A stretch of 64,000 nt of DNA from Chitinophagaceae bacterium (GTDB lineage: Bacteria; Bacteroidota; Bacteroidia; Chitinophagales; Chitinophagaceae), in the NCBI GenBank assembly GCA_043737055.1, contig JAYTBG010000001.1:806-64805 (forward strand). Direction: 5' to 3'. The stretch's first letter is position 1; each line of letters begins with the position of its first letter. Of the stretch, positions 1 to 10,400 are shown in pieces. The notes under the pieces are model-generated. The model did no database searches. It had not been told where the DNA came from and was given only the letters and a program-made list of their open reading frames with translations. The position numbers and the translations under genes are program-made.

Positions 1-2
1 CA

Positions 3-2306
3 TCCTGTATTACCAATCCGCCCACTCTTACCTATACTGTGGGGCTTTACTCATTCGATATAGAGCTGCCCTTTAATGCAGCCGGGTATACCGCGACCTA
101 TCAAACCTGCTGTCGCATAGACGACATATCTAACATTCCTAACTCCATTGGGGCCACATACACCACCGAAATACCCGGTTCAAATACCTTGGGTACGGAG
201 CTAGATAGTAGCCCGAGGTTTGCACAAGGAATATCTATTGTATGCTACAACAAGCCTTTTACCTTAGACTTTAGCGCTACCGACCCAGACAATAATATTT
301 TGAAATATAGCTTGTGTGAAGCCTATAGTGCAGGAAACGTTTCAAATGCCAGCCCGGTAAATCCTGCCCCTCCCCCATATGGTACCATCGATTACATCAA
401 TGGATATTCTGGGGCCCGGCCATTGGGTAACCAGGCGAGTATAAATCCACAAACTGGTATTATAACCGGGATTGCTCCGGACGCAGGCAAGTATGTAGTA
501 TCTGTTTGCGTGAATTCCTTTAACCGAACCACAGGTCAAATTATTGCCACGCATCGCAAAGATTTTATCATAACAGTGGCTCCCTGCGATTTTGCAGGCG
601 CCCAGCTTTTGCCAAGTTATATCAGTTGTGATGGGTCTACTTTTAACTTTGAAAATCTCAACACCTCTCCCCTGAACTTAACTTTTCGGTGGGACTTTGG
701 AGATGGTAATACGTCTTCTCAACAAAGCCCGACACATACTTACCTCGTGCCCGGTGTGTATACCTTGAAGCTGGTTGTTAATCCCGGGGGCGCCTGCTCA
801 GACTCTACTAGTTCTCCCTTAAGTGTTTTTCCTGGCTTTTTCCCGGCAATGGAGGATAATGCACCGATGTGTAAAGGCTTGCCAGTGCAATTTAGAGACT
901 TAACAACTTTGAACCACGGCAGCGTAAATTTTTGGAAATGGGATTTTGGGATACCGAACGTGGCCACTGACAGCAGCCGGATAAAATCGCCAACATTTAC
1001 TTACGCCAACTCGGGGCCATATGACATTTCATTGATAGTGGGCAGTGATAAGGGCTGCCGGGATACCCTCTACAAAACGATTCAGATTGTAGACAGGCCA
1101 ACATTCACAGTTCCTAACGATACCCTCATCTGTTCGATAGACACTTTGCAGCTAAACGCTGTAGGCAGTTCTAATGGAAACATTACATGGTCGCCCAATT
1201 ACATGATAAGCAATGTAAATAGTTTTACTCCTTTGGTGAGTCCCAATGTTACTACGACCTATACCGCAACCTTTACAGATGCATTTGGATGTGTAGCTGT
1301 AGAAACGGTTACCATAAATATAGTGGACAGGGTAACATTACTGGCCGGAAGAGACACGACCATTTGCCTGACAGACACTGTTTTTTTACAACTGAACAGT
1401 GATGCATTGCAATACTCATGGACCCAACCAATAACACTTGATAACCCGCTGAAGAAAAATCCACGTGCATTGCCCACAGCCGCTACCACTTTGTACACTG
1501 TGACGGGGAGAATTGGAAAATGTGTTGCCCAAGACAATATCCAGATTACCACTGTACCATACCCCCTCGCAAACGCCGGCAGAGACACCACTATTTGTTT
1601 CGGAAATTCTGTGCAATTGCAGGCAAGCGGAGGCAGCACCTTTAACTGGACGCCGGTAAGATTTTTAACTAATTCTAAAATTGCAACTCCTGTTTCACAG
1701 GCGCCCAGAAGCGACATCAGGTATATTGTAGAAGTGAGAGATAACAGGGGTTGCCCTAAGCCGGTATATGATACCGTTTTGGTAACCGTTGCTAAAATAA
1801 GTGCCAATGCGGGTCCCGCAGATACGAGCGTTGTACTCGGACAACCATTGCAACTTAATGCGACTGGCAGCACAACCTACAACTGGACCCCCGCAACTTT
1901 TTTAAACAATCCCCGCATTTTTAATCCGGTGGCAAGGCCCACTGAGGATATCTCGTATGCAGTGAGGGTGAGCAATGAACAGGGATGTTTTGATCTGGAT
2001 ACTATCAATGTAAAAGTGTATAAAATTGACCCTGACCTACTGGTGCCAACTGGTTTCAGCCCTAACAAGGATGCACAAAATGAAGTGTTTCGCCCAATAC
2101 CTGTCGGTATGAAATCGCTGGATGCATTTAGGGTGTATAACCGGTGGGGCCAATTGGTGTTTGCTACCACTATCATTGGTGCAGGCTGGGACGGCACGTT
2201 TGGTGGGCAAGAGCAAGCATCGGGTACCTATGTTTGGTATGCAGAAGGCACCAATTATCTCGGCCGAAAAATAGAAAAAAAGGGAACGGTAATCCTCATC
2301 CGGTAA
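3..2306 (+). CDS. T9SS type B (gliding motility-associated C-terminal domain) sorting-domain protein with PKD-like repeats; 5' end cut by the window edge
   Basis: The frame is open from nt 3, so the listed GTG at 39 is internal. Upstream residues SCITNPPTLTYTV align with PCISNIPTICYKI of the paralog at 2401..5727. The C-terminus VPTGFSPNKD..FRVYNRWGQLVF..GWDGTFGG..GTYVWY..GTVILIR fits the type B CTD pattern. WDFGDGNTS..HTY..GVYTLKLVV units are PKD-like. Confidence 0.85.
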   Translation, partial: SCITNPPTLTYTVGLYSFDIELPFNAAGYTATYQTCCRIDDISNIPNSIGATYTTEIPGSNTLGTELDSSPRFAQGISIVCYNKPFTLDFSATDPDNNILKYSLCEAYSAGNVSNASPVNPAPPPYGTIDYINGYSGARPLGNQASINPQTGIITGIAPDAGKYVVSVCVNSFNRTTGQIIATHRKDFIITVAPCDFAGAQLLPSYISCDGSTFNFENLNTSPLNLTFRWDFGDGNTSSQQSPTHTYLVPGVYTLKLVVNPGGACSDSTSSPLSVFPGFFPAMEDNAPMCKGLPVQFRDLTTLNHGSVNFWKWDFGIPNVATDSSRIKSPTFTYANSGPYDISLIVGSDKGCRDTLYKTIQIVDRPTFTVPNDTLICSIDTLQLNAVGSSNGNITWSPNYMISNVNSFTPLVSPNVTTTYTATFTDAFGCVAVETVTINIVDRVTLLAGRDTTICLTDTVFLQLNSDALQYSWTQPITLDNPLKKNPRALPTAATTLYTVTGRIGKCVAQDNIQITTVPYPLANAGRDTTICFGNSVQLQASGGSTFNWTPVRFLTNSKIATPVSQAPRSDIRYIVEVRDNRGCPKPVYDTVLVTVAKISANAGPADTSVVLGQPLQLNATGSTTYNWTPATFLNNPRIFNPVARPTEDISYAVRVSNEQGCFDLDTINVKVYKIDPDLLVPTGFSPNKDAQNEVFRPIPVGMKSLDAFRVYNRWGQLVFATTIIGAGWDGTFGGQEQASGTYVWYAEGTNYLGRKIEKKGTVILIR

Positions 2307-2328
2307 TATATTGTTCAACGCCTTAAAA

Positions 2329-2366
2329 CAAAAAGACTGCCGGTAACCCGGGCAGTCTTTTTGTTT
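2329..2366 (+). terminator. Rho-independent terminator after the first adhesin-like gene
   Basis: AAAAGACTGCC / GGCAGTCTTTT inverted repeat followed by a T-run (gtctttttgtttt), 25 nt after the stop codon. Confidence 0.7.
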
Positions 2367-2400
2367 TAAATTGGTATATTGTGCGTTACCGTCTAACTAA

Positions 2401-5400
2401 ATGAAAAAAATTTTATCGATACTCTTATTCATTGGAGCCTTTTTCCCATCCCAGGCAACACACACTAAAGGAGGATGGATGTACTACGAATATTTAGGGC
2501 CGGGGATAAATAACCCAACCCACCTGCGGTATAGGGTTGGCCTTAATTATTACATTGAATGCTCGTCTACTATCATAGAGCCATTTTTAAATTTTTCTGT
2601 TTTTAGTGCATCTTCGCCTTTTTCGTTCGTAGAGGATATACCGGTTGCTCTTGGAACCAACAATCAGTCTCAAAATTGCAATCTCCCTGGCTGCTACCCC
2701 TGTATAAGCAACATCCCAACCATCTGTTACAAAATATTAAACTACGAAACCATTATAGAGCTTGCCCCAAATGCTGCGGGCTATATTCTCTCTAAGCAGC
2801 GCTGTTGCAGGATAAATAATATCAGCAACATGCTAGCACCCTCCAATGTTTCTGGGGTAACTTATACCATTAGCATCCCCGGTGTAAATGCACCTATTGC
2901 TAATGCACATATCAACTCCAGCCCACGATTTAATTTTAACGACACAACGATAGTTTGTGCAGACAACCCATTTTTTGTAAGTTTTGCAGCTACAGACACT
3001 GATGGCGATTCTTTAGTCTATTCATTCTGCAATTCTTATACCGGCGCATCGCAATCCGTTCCAGATCCGGCAACTTCTTCACCCCCACCTTTTTCCCCGG
3101 TTCCTTATGAATTGGCATTTTCGGGCGCACAGCCCCTTGGCCCAGGCGTAAATATTAACCCGGTTACAGGCGTAGTAAGCGGCACTGCCCCACCCTCCGG
3201 CGAGTATGTGGTTACAATTTGCGTAGCAGAATATAGAAATGGCGTACGGTTTGCCGATTCAAGAAAGGAGCTTCACCTCAAAGTAACGCCGTGTACCCCA
3301 GTCATCGCTACATTAGACCCTACCTTTTTAACCTGCGGCGATCTTACGCTGGCGTTTCAAAACAATTCTGATGGGCCGTCCATTCAGAACTGGTTCTGGA
3401 CGTTTGGCGATCCAACAACAGGCTCCAGCGACACATCTATTCTGCAATTTCCCTCGCACACGTTTAGTGCTGCAGGCGTTTATTCGGTTAAATTAGTGGT
3501 GAACAAAGGTTTGTCTTGCAGCGACTCCTCTTCCCAGATTGTTAGTGTATACCCCGGCTTCTTCTCCGGCTTTTCCAGCATTGCACCATCTTGTGAAGAC
3601 GTGCCAATTCAATTTATTGATACCAGCAGAACCAATCATGGCGTGGTAAATCAATGGTTTTGGAATTTTGGAGTAACCACTACACTTGCAGACAGCAGCC
3701 GCAGCCAAAATCCAACCTTTACATTCTCCAACCCAGGCACCTATATAGTGAAATTAATTTCTGGAAATAGCCTCGGGTGCAAAGACAGTATCAGCATTCC
3801 GGTGGTGATCAGTCCAAGACCTGCATTGGTACTGCTTACTCCGGATAGCACCTATTGTGGTTTAGACAGCGTGCAACTAACGGCAACGGGTACCGGCAAT
3901 TTTACATGGACGCCTGGCACAAATATTATTGGAGCTAACACAGGTGCACCTACAGTTTTTCCAACGGTGCCAACCACTTACACGGTCACTTTAGAAAATA
4001 TGGGCTGTCGTAGCACAGACACAGTGCGCCTCAACCCCTCGTTTAATTTAACCAATAATATCAGTGCTTTTCCTGCCAGCATTTGCCAGGACGACACACT
4101 CAGGCTTACCGGCGGCAGCAATAAAACCAGCAATGTTCGTTGGCTGTGGGGCCCTGCTGCCAGCGTTGCTACTGCAACTGCCTCTACTACGCTGGCCTTT
4201 CCCCAGGTGAGCACCAATTACACTTTGCAAACAAGATGGGGCAACAATTGTGTTGTTTCAAAAACAATCAACATACCTGTAAAGCCTCTGGCAACACCCG
4301 GGGCGGGAGCGGATGTAGATTTTTGTAGTGGCCAGGCGGCAGTGCAACTTGTTGCAAGCGGAGGACAAACTTACAACTGGTCGCCCACCGCAGGGCTTAG
4401 CTCTACCACAATTCCTAACCCTTTAGCTTCTCCTGCAACCACTACGAGCTACGTGGTAGCTGTTGGCGTAACCGGTTGCGCAAAAAAAAGAACGGATACG
4501 GTGGTGGTTACTGTTCGCCAAAAGCCAATTATAAACATAACCAACGACACACTTATTTGTGTAACGGATACCTTGAGACTGAATGTTACAGGCCAGGGAA
4601 GTATTTTGTGGAGTCCGAATTATATGATCGACAATATCGGCTCGTTCTCGCCACTGGTGAGTCCAGACGTTCCTACCACATACCGCATGCGCTATACAGA
4701 TTTGTTTGGCTGCTTTCAGGATGATACTGTACGGGTAGATGTAAAGGCACAGGTGACACTTGATGCAGGAATGGATACTGCTCTTTGCTTCGCCGATGGT
4801 TATCGGCTTCGCACTACTGGCGATGCGGTGAGCTATACCTGGATTCCGACCCTCTACCTTGATAACAGTCAAATCAAAAATCCATTCAGCTTACCAGACA
4901 CAAGCATCACCTACACCGTTATAGGAAACATTGGTAAGTGCCAGGCACAGTCAGAAGTTACCATTAAAGTTATACCTCCGCCAACTGCTTTTGCAGGCAG
5001 GGATGCCACAATTTGTTTTGGAGAAACCGTACAACTTTTTGCATCCGGCGGCAGCAGTTATAGCTGGACCCCCGCCAACTTTTTATCTGATAAAAACATT
5101 GCCAACCCGTTTGCGCAAATACCTAGAGGTACTATGACCTACATAGTAACGGTAACGGATACCCTGGGTTGCCCTAAGGCAATTAATGATACCATTATTG
5201 TAAAGGTAATTCCTCCGCTCCGGGTAAATGCCGGCCCCTCAGACACCAGTATAGTGGACGGGCAACCCCTGTTTCTTCGGGGTACCGGCGCATTAAATTA
5301 CACATGGTCGCCACGCACCTGGTTAAGTAATGCATCTATTGCAAACCCAGTGGCAACACCTCCGGACAGTATACAATACATCTTAACGGGGACAGATATT

Positions 5401-5727
5401 AATGGATGCGTAGGCACAGACAGTATTAATGTAACTGTATTTACCATTGAACCGAGTATGTATGTGCCTACAGCGTTTACGCCTAATGGTGATGGGCGAA
5501 ATGATGTGATTCGCCCGGTATTAATTGGCATGAAATCACTAACCTACTTTAGAGTTTATAATCGTTTTGGAGAGTTGGTGTATATAACTTCAAAATTTGA
5601 AGAGGGCTGGAATGGCGTCTTCAAAGGAAAACCACAAGATACCGCAACGTTTGTGTGGGTAGCGCAGGGTATAACCTACAAAGGTGATGTGATCAATAAA
5701 AAAGGTCATGTTGTATTGATCCGCTAG
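2401..5727 (+). CDS. T9SS type B sorting-domain protein, PKD-repeat adhesin-like, tandem paralog of the preceding gene
   Basis: 1108 aa with signal peptide MKKILSILLFIGAFFPSQA. It shares N-terminal blocks with the upstream gene (CCRINNISN / SPRF / D.D.D.L.YS). The C-terminus VPTAFTPNGDGRNDVIRP..FRVYNRFGELVY..GWNGVFKG..HVVLIR is a type B CTD. Confidence 0.9.
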   Translation: MKKILSILLFIGAFFPSQATHTKGGWMYYEYLGPGINNPTHLRYRVGLNYYIECSSTIIEPFLNFSVFSASSPFSFVEDIPVALGTNNQSQNCNLPGCYPCISNIPTICYKILNYETIIELAPNAAGYILSKQRCCRINNISNMLAPSNVSGVTYTISIPGVNAPIANAHINSSPRFNFNDTTIVCADNPFFVSFAATDTDGDSLVYSFCNSYTGASQSVPDPATSSPPPFSPVPYELAFSGAQPLGPGVNINPVTGVVSGTAPPSGEYVVTICVAEYRNGVRFADSRKELHLKVTPCTPVIATLDPTFLTCGDLTLAFQNNSDGPSIQNWFWTFGDPTTGSSDTSILQFPSHTFSAAGVYSVKLVVNKGLSCSDSSSQIVSVYPGFFSGFSSIAPSCEDVPIQFIDTSRTNHGVVNQWFWNFGVTTTLADSSRSQNPTFTFSNPGTYIVKLISGNSLGCKDSISIPVVISPRPALVLLTPDSTYCGLDSVQLTATGTGNFTWTPGTNIIGANTGAPTVFPTVPTTYTVTLENMGCRSTDTVRLNPSFNLTNNISAFPASICQDDTLRLTGGSNKTSNVRWLWGPAASVATATASTTLAFPQVSTNYTLQTRWGNNCVVSKTINIPVKPLATPGAGADVDFCSGQAAVQLVASGGQTYNWSPTAGLSSTTIPNPLASPATTTSYVVAVGVTGCAKKRTDTVVVTVRQKPIINITNDTLICVTDTLRLNVTGQGSILWSPNYMIDNIGSFSPLVSPDVPTTYRMRYTDLFGCFQDDTVRVDVKAQVTLDAGMDTALCFADGYRLRTTGDAVSYTWIPTLYLDNSQIKNPFSLPDTSITYTVIGNIGKCQAQSEVTIKVIPPPTAFAGRDATICFGETVQLFASGGSSYSWTPANFLSDKNIANPFAQIPRGTMTYIVTVTDTLGCPKAINDTIIVKVIPPLRVNAGPSDTSIVDGQPLFLRGTGALNYTWSPRTWLSNASIANPVATPPDSIQYILTGTDINGCVGTDSINVTVFTIEPSMYVPTAFTPNGDGRNDVIRPVLIGMKSLTYFRVYNRFGELVYITSKFEEGWNGVFKGKPQDTATFVWVAQGITYKGDVINKKGHVVLIR

Positions 5728-5772
5728 AGAAGCTAACAACTCGTTGTAAATACATTCCACAAAATTAAAATT

Positions 5773-6537
5773 ATGACAAGAACAGTTTTTATATCTGGTG
5801 CTACGGCAGGCATCGGGCGTGCTTGCGCAGAGAGATTTGCAAAAGAAAAATGTAATGTAATTATCACTGGCAGAAGAAAAGACCGACTGGAAGCTTTGGC
5901 TGAGGAGCTAACTAATAATTACCAGGTTGATGTGCTTACACTATGTTTTGACGTGCAGGATAAAAAGGCCGTTTTCGATGCTATTGAAAGTATGCCCGAA
6001 GCGTGGCGCCAAATAAGTATACTCATCAACAATGCCGGCCTTGCATTGGGCAAGGAGCCTTTTGACGAAGCCGATATGGACGATTGGGAAACAATGCTTA
6101 ACACAAATGTAATTGGGCTGTTGTACGTAAGCCGGGCGCTGCTTCCATTTTTAAAAGCTGCAGGTAATGCACAGATCATTAATATGGGATCTATTGCGGG
6201 CAAAGAAGTATATGAAAATGGAAATGTGTACTGTGCCAGTAAATTTGCTGTAGATGCTCTTAACAAAAGTATGAGGATAGACCTGATGAAACATGGCATC
6301 AAAGTATCCGCCATTCACCCCGGGGCGGTAGAAACAGAATTTTCCCTCGTTCGGTTTAAAGGCGATAAAAACAAAGCTGATACAGCCTATCAGAATTTTG
6401 TACCACTTACTGCCGAAGATATTGCAGACACGGTGTATTACTGCGCATCCCTACCACCACATGTATGCATCAACGATCTTGTAATAACTTGTCTGCAACA
6501 GGCTGGCACGTATTATTTTAATAAAAACAGTCATTAG
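5773..6537 (+). CDS. SDR-family NAD(P)-dependent oxidoreductase (YdfG-like short-chain dehydrogenase)
   Basis: Cofactor motif SGATAGIGRA, NNAG motif and catalytic YCASK are all present. 254 aa. Confidence 0.85.
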   Translation: MTRTVFISGATAGIGRACAERFAKEKCNVIITGRRKDRLEALAEELTNNYQVDVLTLCFDVQDKKAVFDAIESMPEAWRQISILINNAGLALGKEPFDEADMDDWETMLNTNVIGLLYVSRALLPFLKAAGNAQIINMGSIAGKEVYENGNVYCASKFAVDALNKSMRIDLMKHGIKVSAIHPGAVETEFSLVRFKGDKNKADTAYQNFVPLTAEDIADTVYYCASLPPHVCINDLVITCLQQAGTYYFNKNSH

Positions 6538-6712
6538 GAGTGCGAACAAATGCTTACACTATTTATGGTTTAGAAACACTGTTGACACCAGTTTTTTTTA
6601 AAAGTTGACCGACACAATATTATAATCCCTTTCACGTTACGATGGCAGATATTTTAGGCTGGTTAAAAAATTTGTTTTAACCTTGCTTATCCTTTATCTG
6701 AAATCCTCTCAC

Positions 6713-7213
6713 ATGAAAAACCTTGTTCAAATTCTTGCGCTATTTCTCTTATCACTTGTGGGGCCCTCTGCTTTCGCCCAGGCGGTAATTCGCCAGGTTC
6801 CCTGCTCCAATCTTTCCATTTTACAACAAGCTGACAGTATTAAGGCCAACTTAAGCCTTGCCGGTTTTATTGTGGTAAAAGAAGCCAGTGTATCTATGGA
6901 AAGCGAGTATGAGTTGCCTGTGGTTGTTCCAATGACACAAGGAAGCTGGTACCAGTTTGTATTTATTGGTGACATGAGTTCCCGGCTTTATGAAGTGCGC
7001 ATGTTCGACTGGAATGAAAAACAGGTAGTGTATCAAAAGAAAATGTGGGGCGATATAGATGGAAATGTAATTCGCTACGACTACATTCCAAAATTTTCCG
7101 AATACCACATGATCAAACCTGTACAGGTAAATAAAAAGAAGAAGAAAGATCTTTGCGGTTATGTGATATTGCTAAAGAAGGTGAAAGAGAATGCGGTTTC
7201 TAAAACAGAGTAA
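6713..7213 (+). CDS. Hypothetical secreted protein
   Basis: The ATG at 6713 gives signal peptide MKNLVQILALFLLSLVGPSAFAQ. I recognise no family. The C-terminus is Lys-rich. Confidence 0.55.
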   Translation: MKNLVQILALFLLSLVGPSAFAQAVIRQVPCSNLSILQQADSIKANLSLAGFIVVKEASVSMESEYELPVVVPMTQGSWYQFVFIGDMSSRLYEVRMFDWNEKQVVYQKKMWGDIDGNVIRYDYIPKFSEYHMIKPVQVNKKKKKDLCGYVILLKKVKENAVSKTE

Positions 7214-7233
7214 AGTTTAGTTATTATACATGT

Positions 7234-7263
7234 CCTGGCTTTTCAAAGCCGGGGCTTTTTTTT
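7234..7263 (+). terminator. Rho-independent terminator
   Basis: CCTGGCTT / AAGCCGGG stem followed by a T9 run, just after the 7213 stop. Confidence 0.6.
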
Positions 7264-7413
7264 GCTCTAAACAGAAAGCTTAGGAGGATGTTTACCAATT
7301 CATTGGTCATTCGTCATTGGGTTATTAGTCATGCGGCATTGCGCAGGCTAAATTCGTTCTACGTTCGCTACTCAACATTCGTCATTGGGCTTTCTGGCTA
7401 TAGCCTTGGGTCC

Positions 7414-7449
7414 TACAAAAAATCCCCACCTTTCATGGTGAGGATTTTA
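7414..7449 (-). terminator. Rho-independent terminator of sprA (minus strand)
   Basis: The minus strand reads AAAATCCTCACC-ATGAAA-GGTGGGGATTTTTT directly after the sprA stop codon. Confidence 0.65.
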
Positions 7450-7469
7450 TATAAACGATTTAGAAGGTT

Positions 7470-10400
7470 TTATTGAGCCAGTGAGATCCTTACCTGCACC
7501 CCAGCCCTTGTATTTACGGTGGGCGCACTAGAGGAAATGTAAGGCGTCACCCTGCGTTGATCGAAATAAAGTTTCAGGTTTACACGATTGTTTAAGAAAT
7601 AATCAATCGTTGGGGTAATGGTAACCTCTTTGCTTCCCCCCGTTGCAAAATTATTATCCTGATCAAGCCGGCTATTGGCAGTTACATTGTCTCTGATCCT
7701 CAAATCCAGTCTGAAGTTGATCTCGTTATCCAGCGTACCTTTTCCTTCTTTATCCAAAAATTTAGGAAGTTTTAAGCCAGCTAGCAGCTTCAATCCCCTC
7801 TTGCGATAACCTGCTCCAATCACAAACTCGGTACTGCGCACTTCACTCAATTGGTAGTCAAAAAGACTTAGGCTTAGCATGCGTGTTTTTGTGTACTCAA
7901 ACTTCGCTTGCATCTGGTTTACAAACATCATATCGAAACCAACAAGTGGTGAAAACTGCTCATTGATCGTTACATTCGGCACCAGGAAGTATGGAATAAA
8001 ATTTTTGGATTCAGGATCAAAAAAAGATGGATATCCAAAACGGGAAACATCCTGGTAAAGCAAGGCTGAGGTAAACCCATTCATACTCAGCGTGCCGTTG
8101 TAACCATGAGACAAAGTAAAATTGGTGAAAATTTTATCGAAGCCTTTAACCCTGTTCAGGCCGTTGTAATCGAGTTTCCAATTCGGCATCGGCATGATGT
8201 CCTTAAATGGATTGGAGCGGATGTTTTGATTCTGTTGGTTGATGAGCGAAACATTCTCGGGGTCCTGGCCAGTGTATGCTGCGATGAACGATGGGATTAA
8301 AACATCAACAGCATATTTTGAGTAGCCGAGGTAATAACCATCGGCGCCCACCTGGTTATTGGTGTACGGATTTTTTTGTCCGAGCCTGCGGGAAAGAATT
8401 ACACGATTTCCCTCAAACTCTTTGAACGTAGCAGACACCCGGTTTGGATCGAACTTGCCAAACAAGGTTTTAAAAGATATATACGACACATCAAAACTTC
8501 CCCCAACATATGGATTTAAATGTTGGAACGTTCTGTTATTTCCGCCAGTTGTATCGATGTAGCGGAAGGTTTCGTTGTAATTTTTATTAAATGATTTGGT
8601 AAGGTTAACTGTAATTATCAAATCCCTCACCGGCTCTATCTGGCCACTTAAAGTGAGCCTTTGATTAAACGTTTGTTGAAACAGGTAATTAAAATTGGTG
8701 TCTTTCGTAACCAGGCCCTTGTCCGCTTTACGGTTCAACCAATTGGTATCTGGTTGATACCCCAGGATAAAGTCGAAACCCGGTGCCATGCTTTTAAAAT
8801 TCTGCCCAAGAAATTGGGTACTATCTGTATACCCTGGCAAACGGGTATTAGCATCTTCTGAAAAACTGACGTTCACATTTTTAATACTCGTGAGTAATTT
8901 CCCAAAAACACGGGCTGCTGTGCCCAGGTATGGTACGGCAGTTTTATCCAGGATCTTTCTGGTTCGTAACACTCTCTTGCCACTTTTCAATGTTACACTA
9001 TCGCTCACCTTTGTGTACCTGTTTTTCCATTTTTCTTTGTCTGTTGAGATAGAAGGAACGTCTAGTTGCTTTAGCCATTTAGACTTCATGTAAAGCTTCG
9101 TAAAATCCAGTTGAACATTCGCTTCTTTTTGCTGGCCGTTCTCAAGGGTATTGCCTAACTCTACTGCCAGTCTCGAAGCGCCTATCCACCGATAAGTTGC
9201 CTGGTATTTGATGTTCATCGTCGTCCAATCCAACAATGGAAACTTTGCCGTAGGCAGTGTGTAGGAGAAATTAGCTGTTTGGTAAAACAAGGTATTTCTT
9301 CCACCTCGCAGCAAATTCTTCATCACTGAATCTTTCTTTGCCTTAGTGTCAATTCTTCCTATCGGTTCATCTATTCGGGAATTGTTGGTTGCTACATAAT
9401 CGAGCGAAAGTGCACGTGTAAAATTCCACCGCATAATATAATCCCGTTGAAAAACAAAGTACTTGTCATAGGTCTCTGGTATGGCGTATTTAGGTGCACC
9501 AATACTCCTTGGTCTCACTACGCCAAATTGCCTGCTGATGTCGGCTCTAAAACTTAACTGAGCAGGAACATAGTTGATGTTGAAATCTTTTATAAGATCA
9601 AACCAATGATGTTTTGTTTTCTTAAACATCTTTTTAAATGGCTCGAAGTAACGAGGCTGCGGTGCAAAGTTATAACCTATTGCTCCGCGGTGCCGGGTAA
9701 CATCATTGTATTCAATTAGCGGAGTGTGGCTTCTGGCTTTTATGTATGAATAGCTTACATCCACATTCTCAATATCGTAGATCTTTGGCTTTTTACCATT
9801 GGTTTTATTTTTCTTAACGTTGGTGAAGTTAACAGTGGTGATCGAAGTAAAATCAACAGCAGCCTTGCGGATAGAATCTCTTGCTCCGGCATCCCTGTTT
9901 TTCAACTTGTCATTAAGCTTTATATCCTGGTCAAAGGGGTCATACTCCGGGGTACTGTTGGTTTGAGAATAACTGGCAAAAACCGGTATAGACATGCCTA
10001 TATTTTTGGGCAGTAATTTTCCAAGTTCCAAATTGGCCGCTACATCAAACTGAACAAAATTATCCCGATAGCGATCGTTTACTCTTTGTTCTAAAGTACC
10101 AAAACCTTGAGTATGCATATTGGCAGAAAGCGACACACTACCGAGGTCAGAAAGTAGCAAGTCTACCCTGCCTAAAGCGGCATAGCCACCTTCTTCATCG
10201 AGTGAGGAAAGCCGCAGCTCATTAGCCCACATCTCTCCACAAATCGGCTCAGATGCATTGGTATTCTCCACCCCAATTAATACGCCCTTTATTTCTCCAA
10301 GATTGGGACTGCCCATAACCGAATACTCATGCCCATTATCTTGCAACTGTCTGAAAACCTTGTTTAGTGGGGTGCTGCTCAAATTTCGTTTTTGCTTTAG

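Noticed and set aside
7288-7476. 62-aa plus-strand ORF between the hypothetical gene and sprA.
   Set aside because: It is composed of the heptamer-repeat tract, runs through the sprA terminator hairpin, and overlaps the sprA stop.
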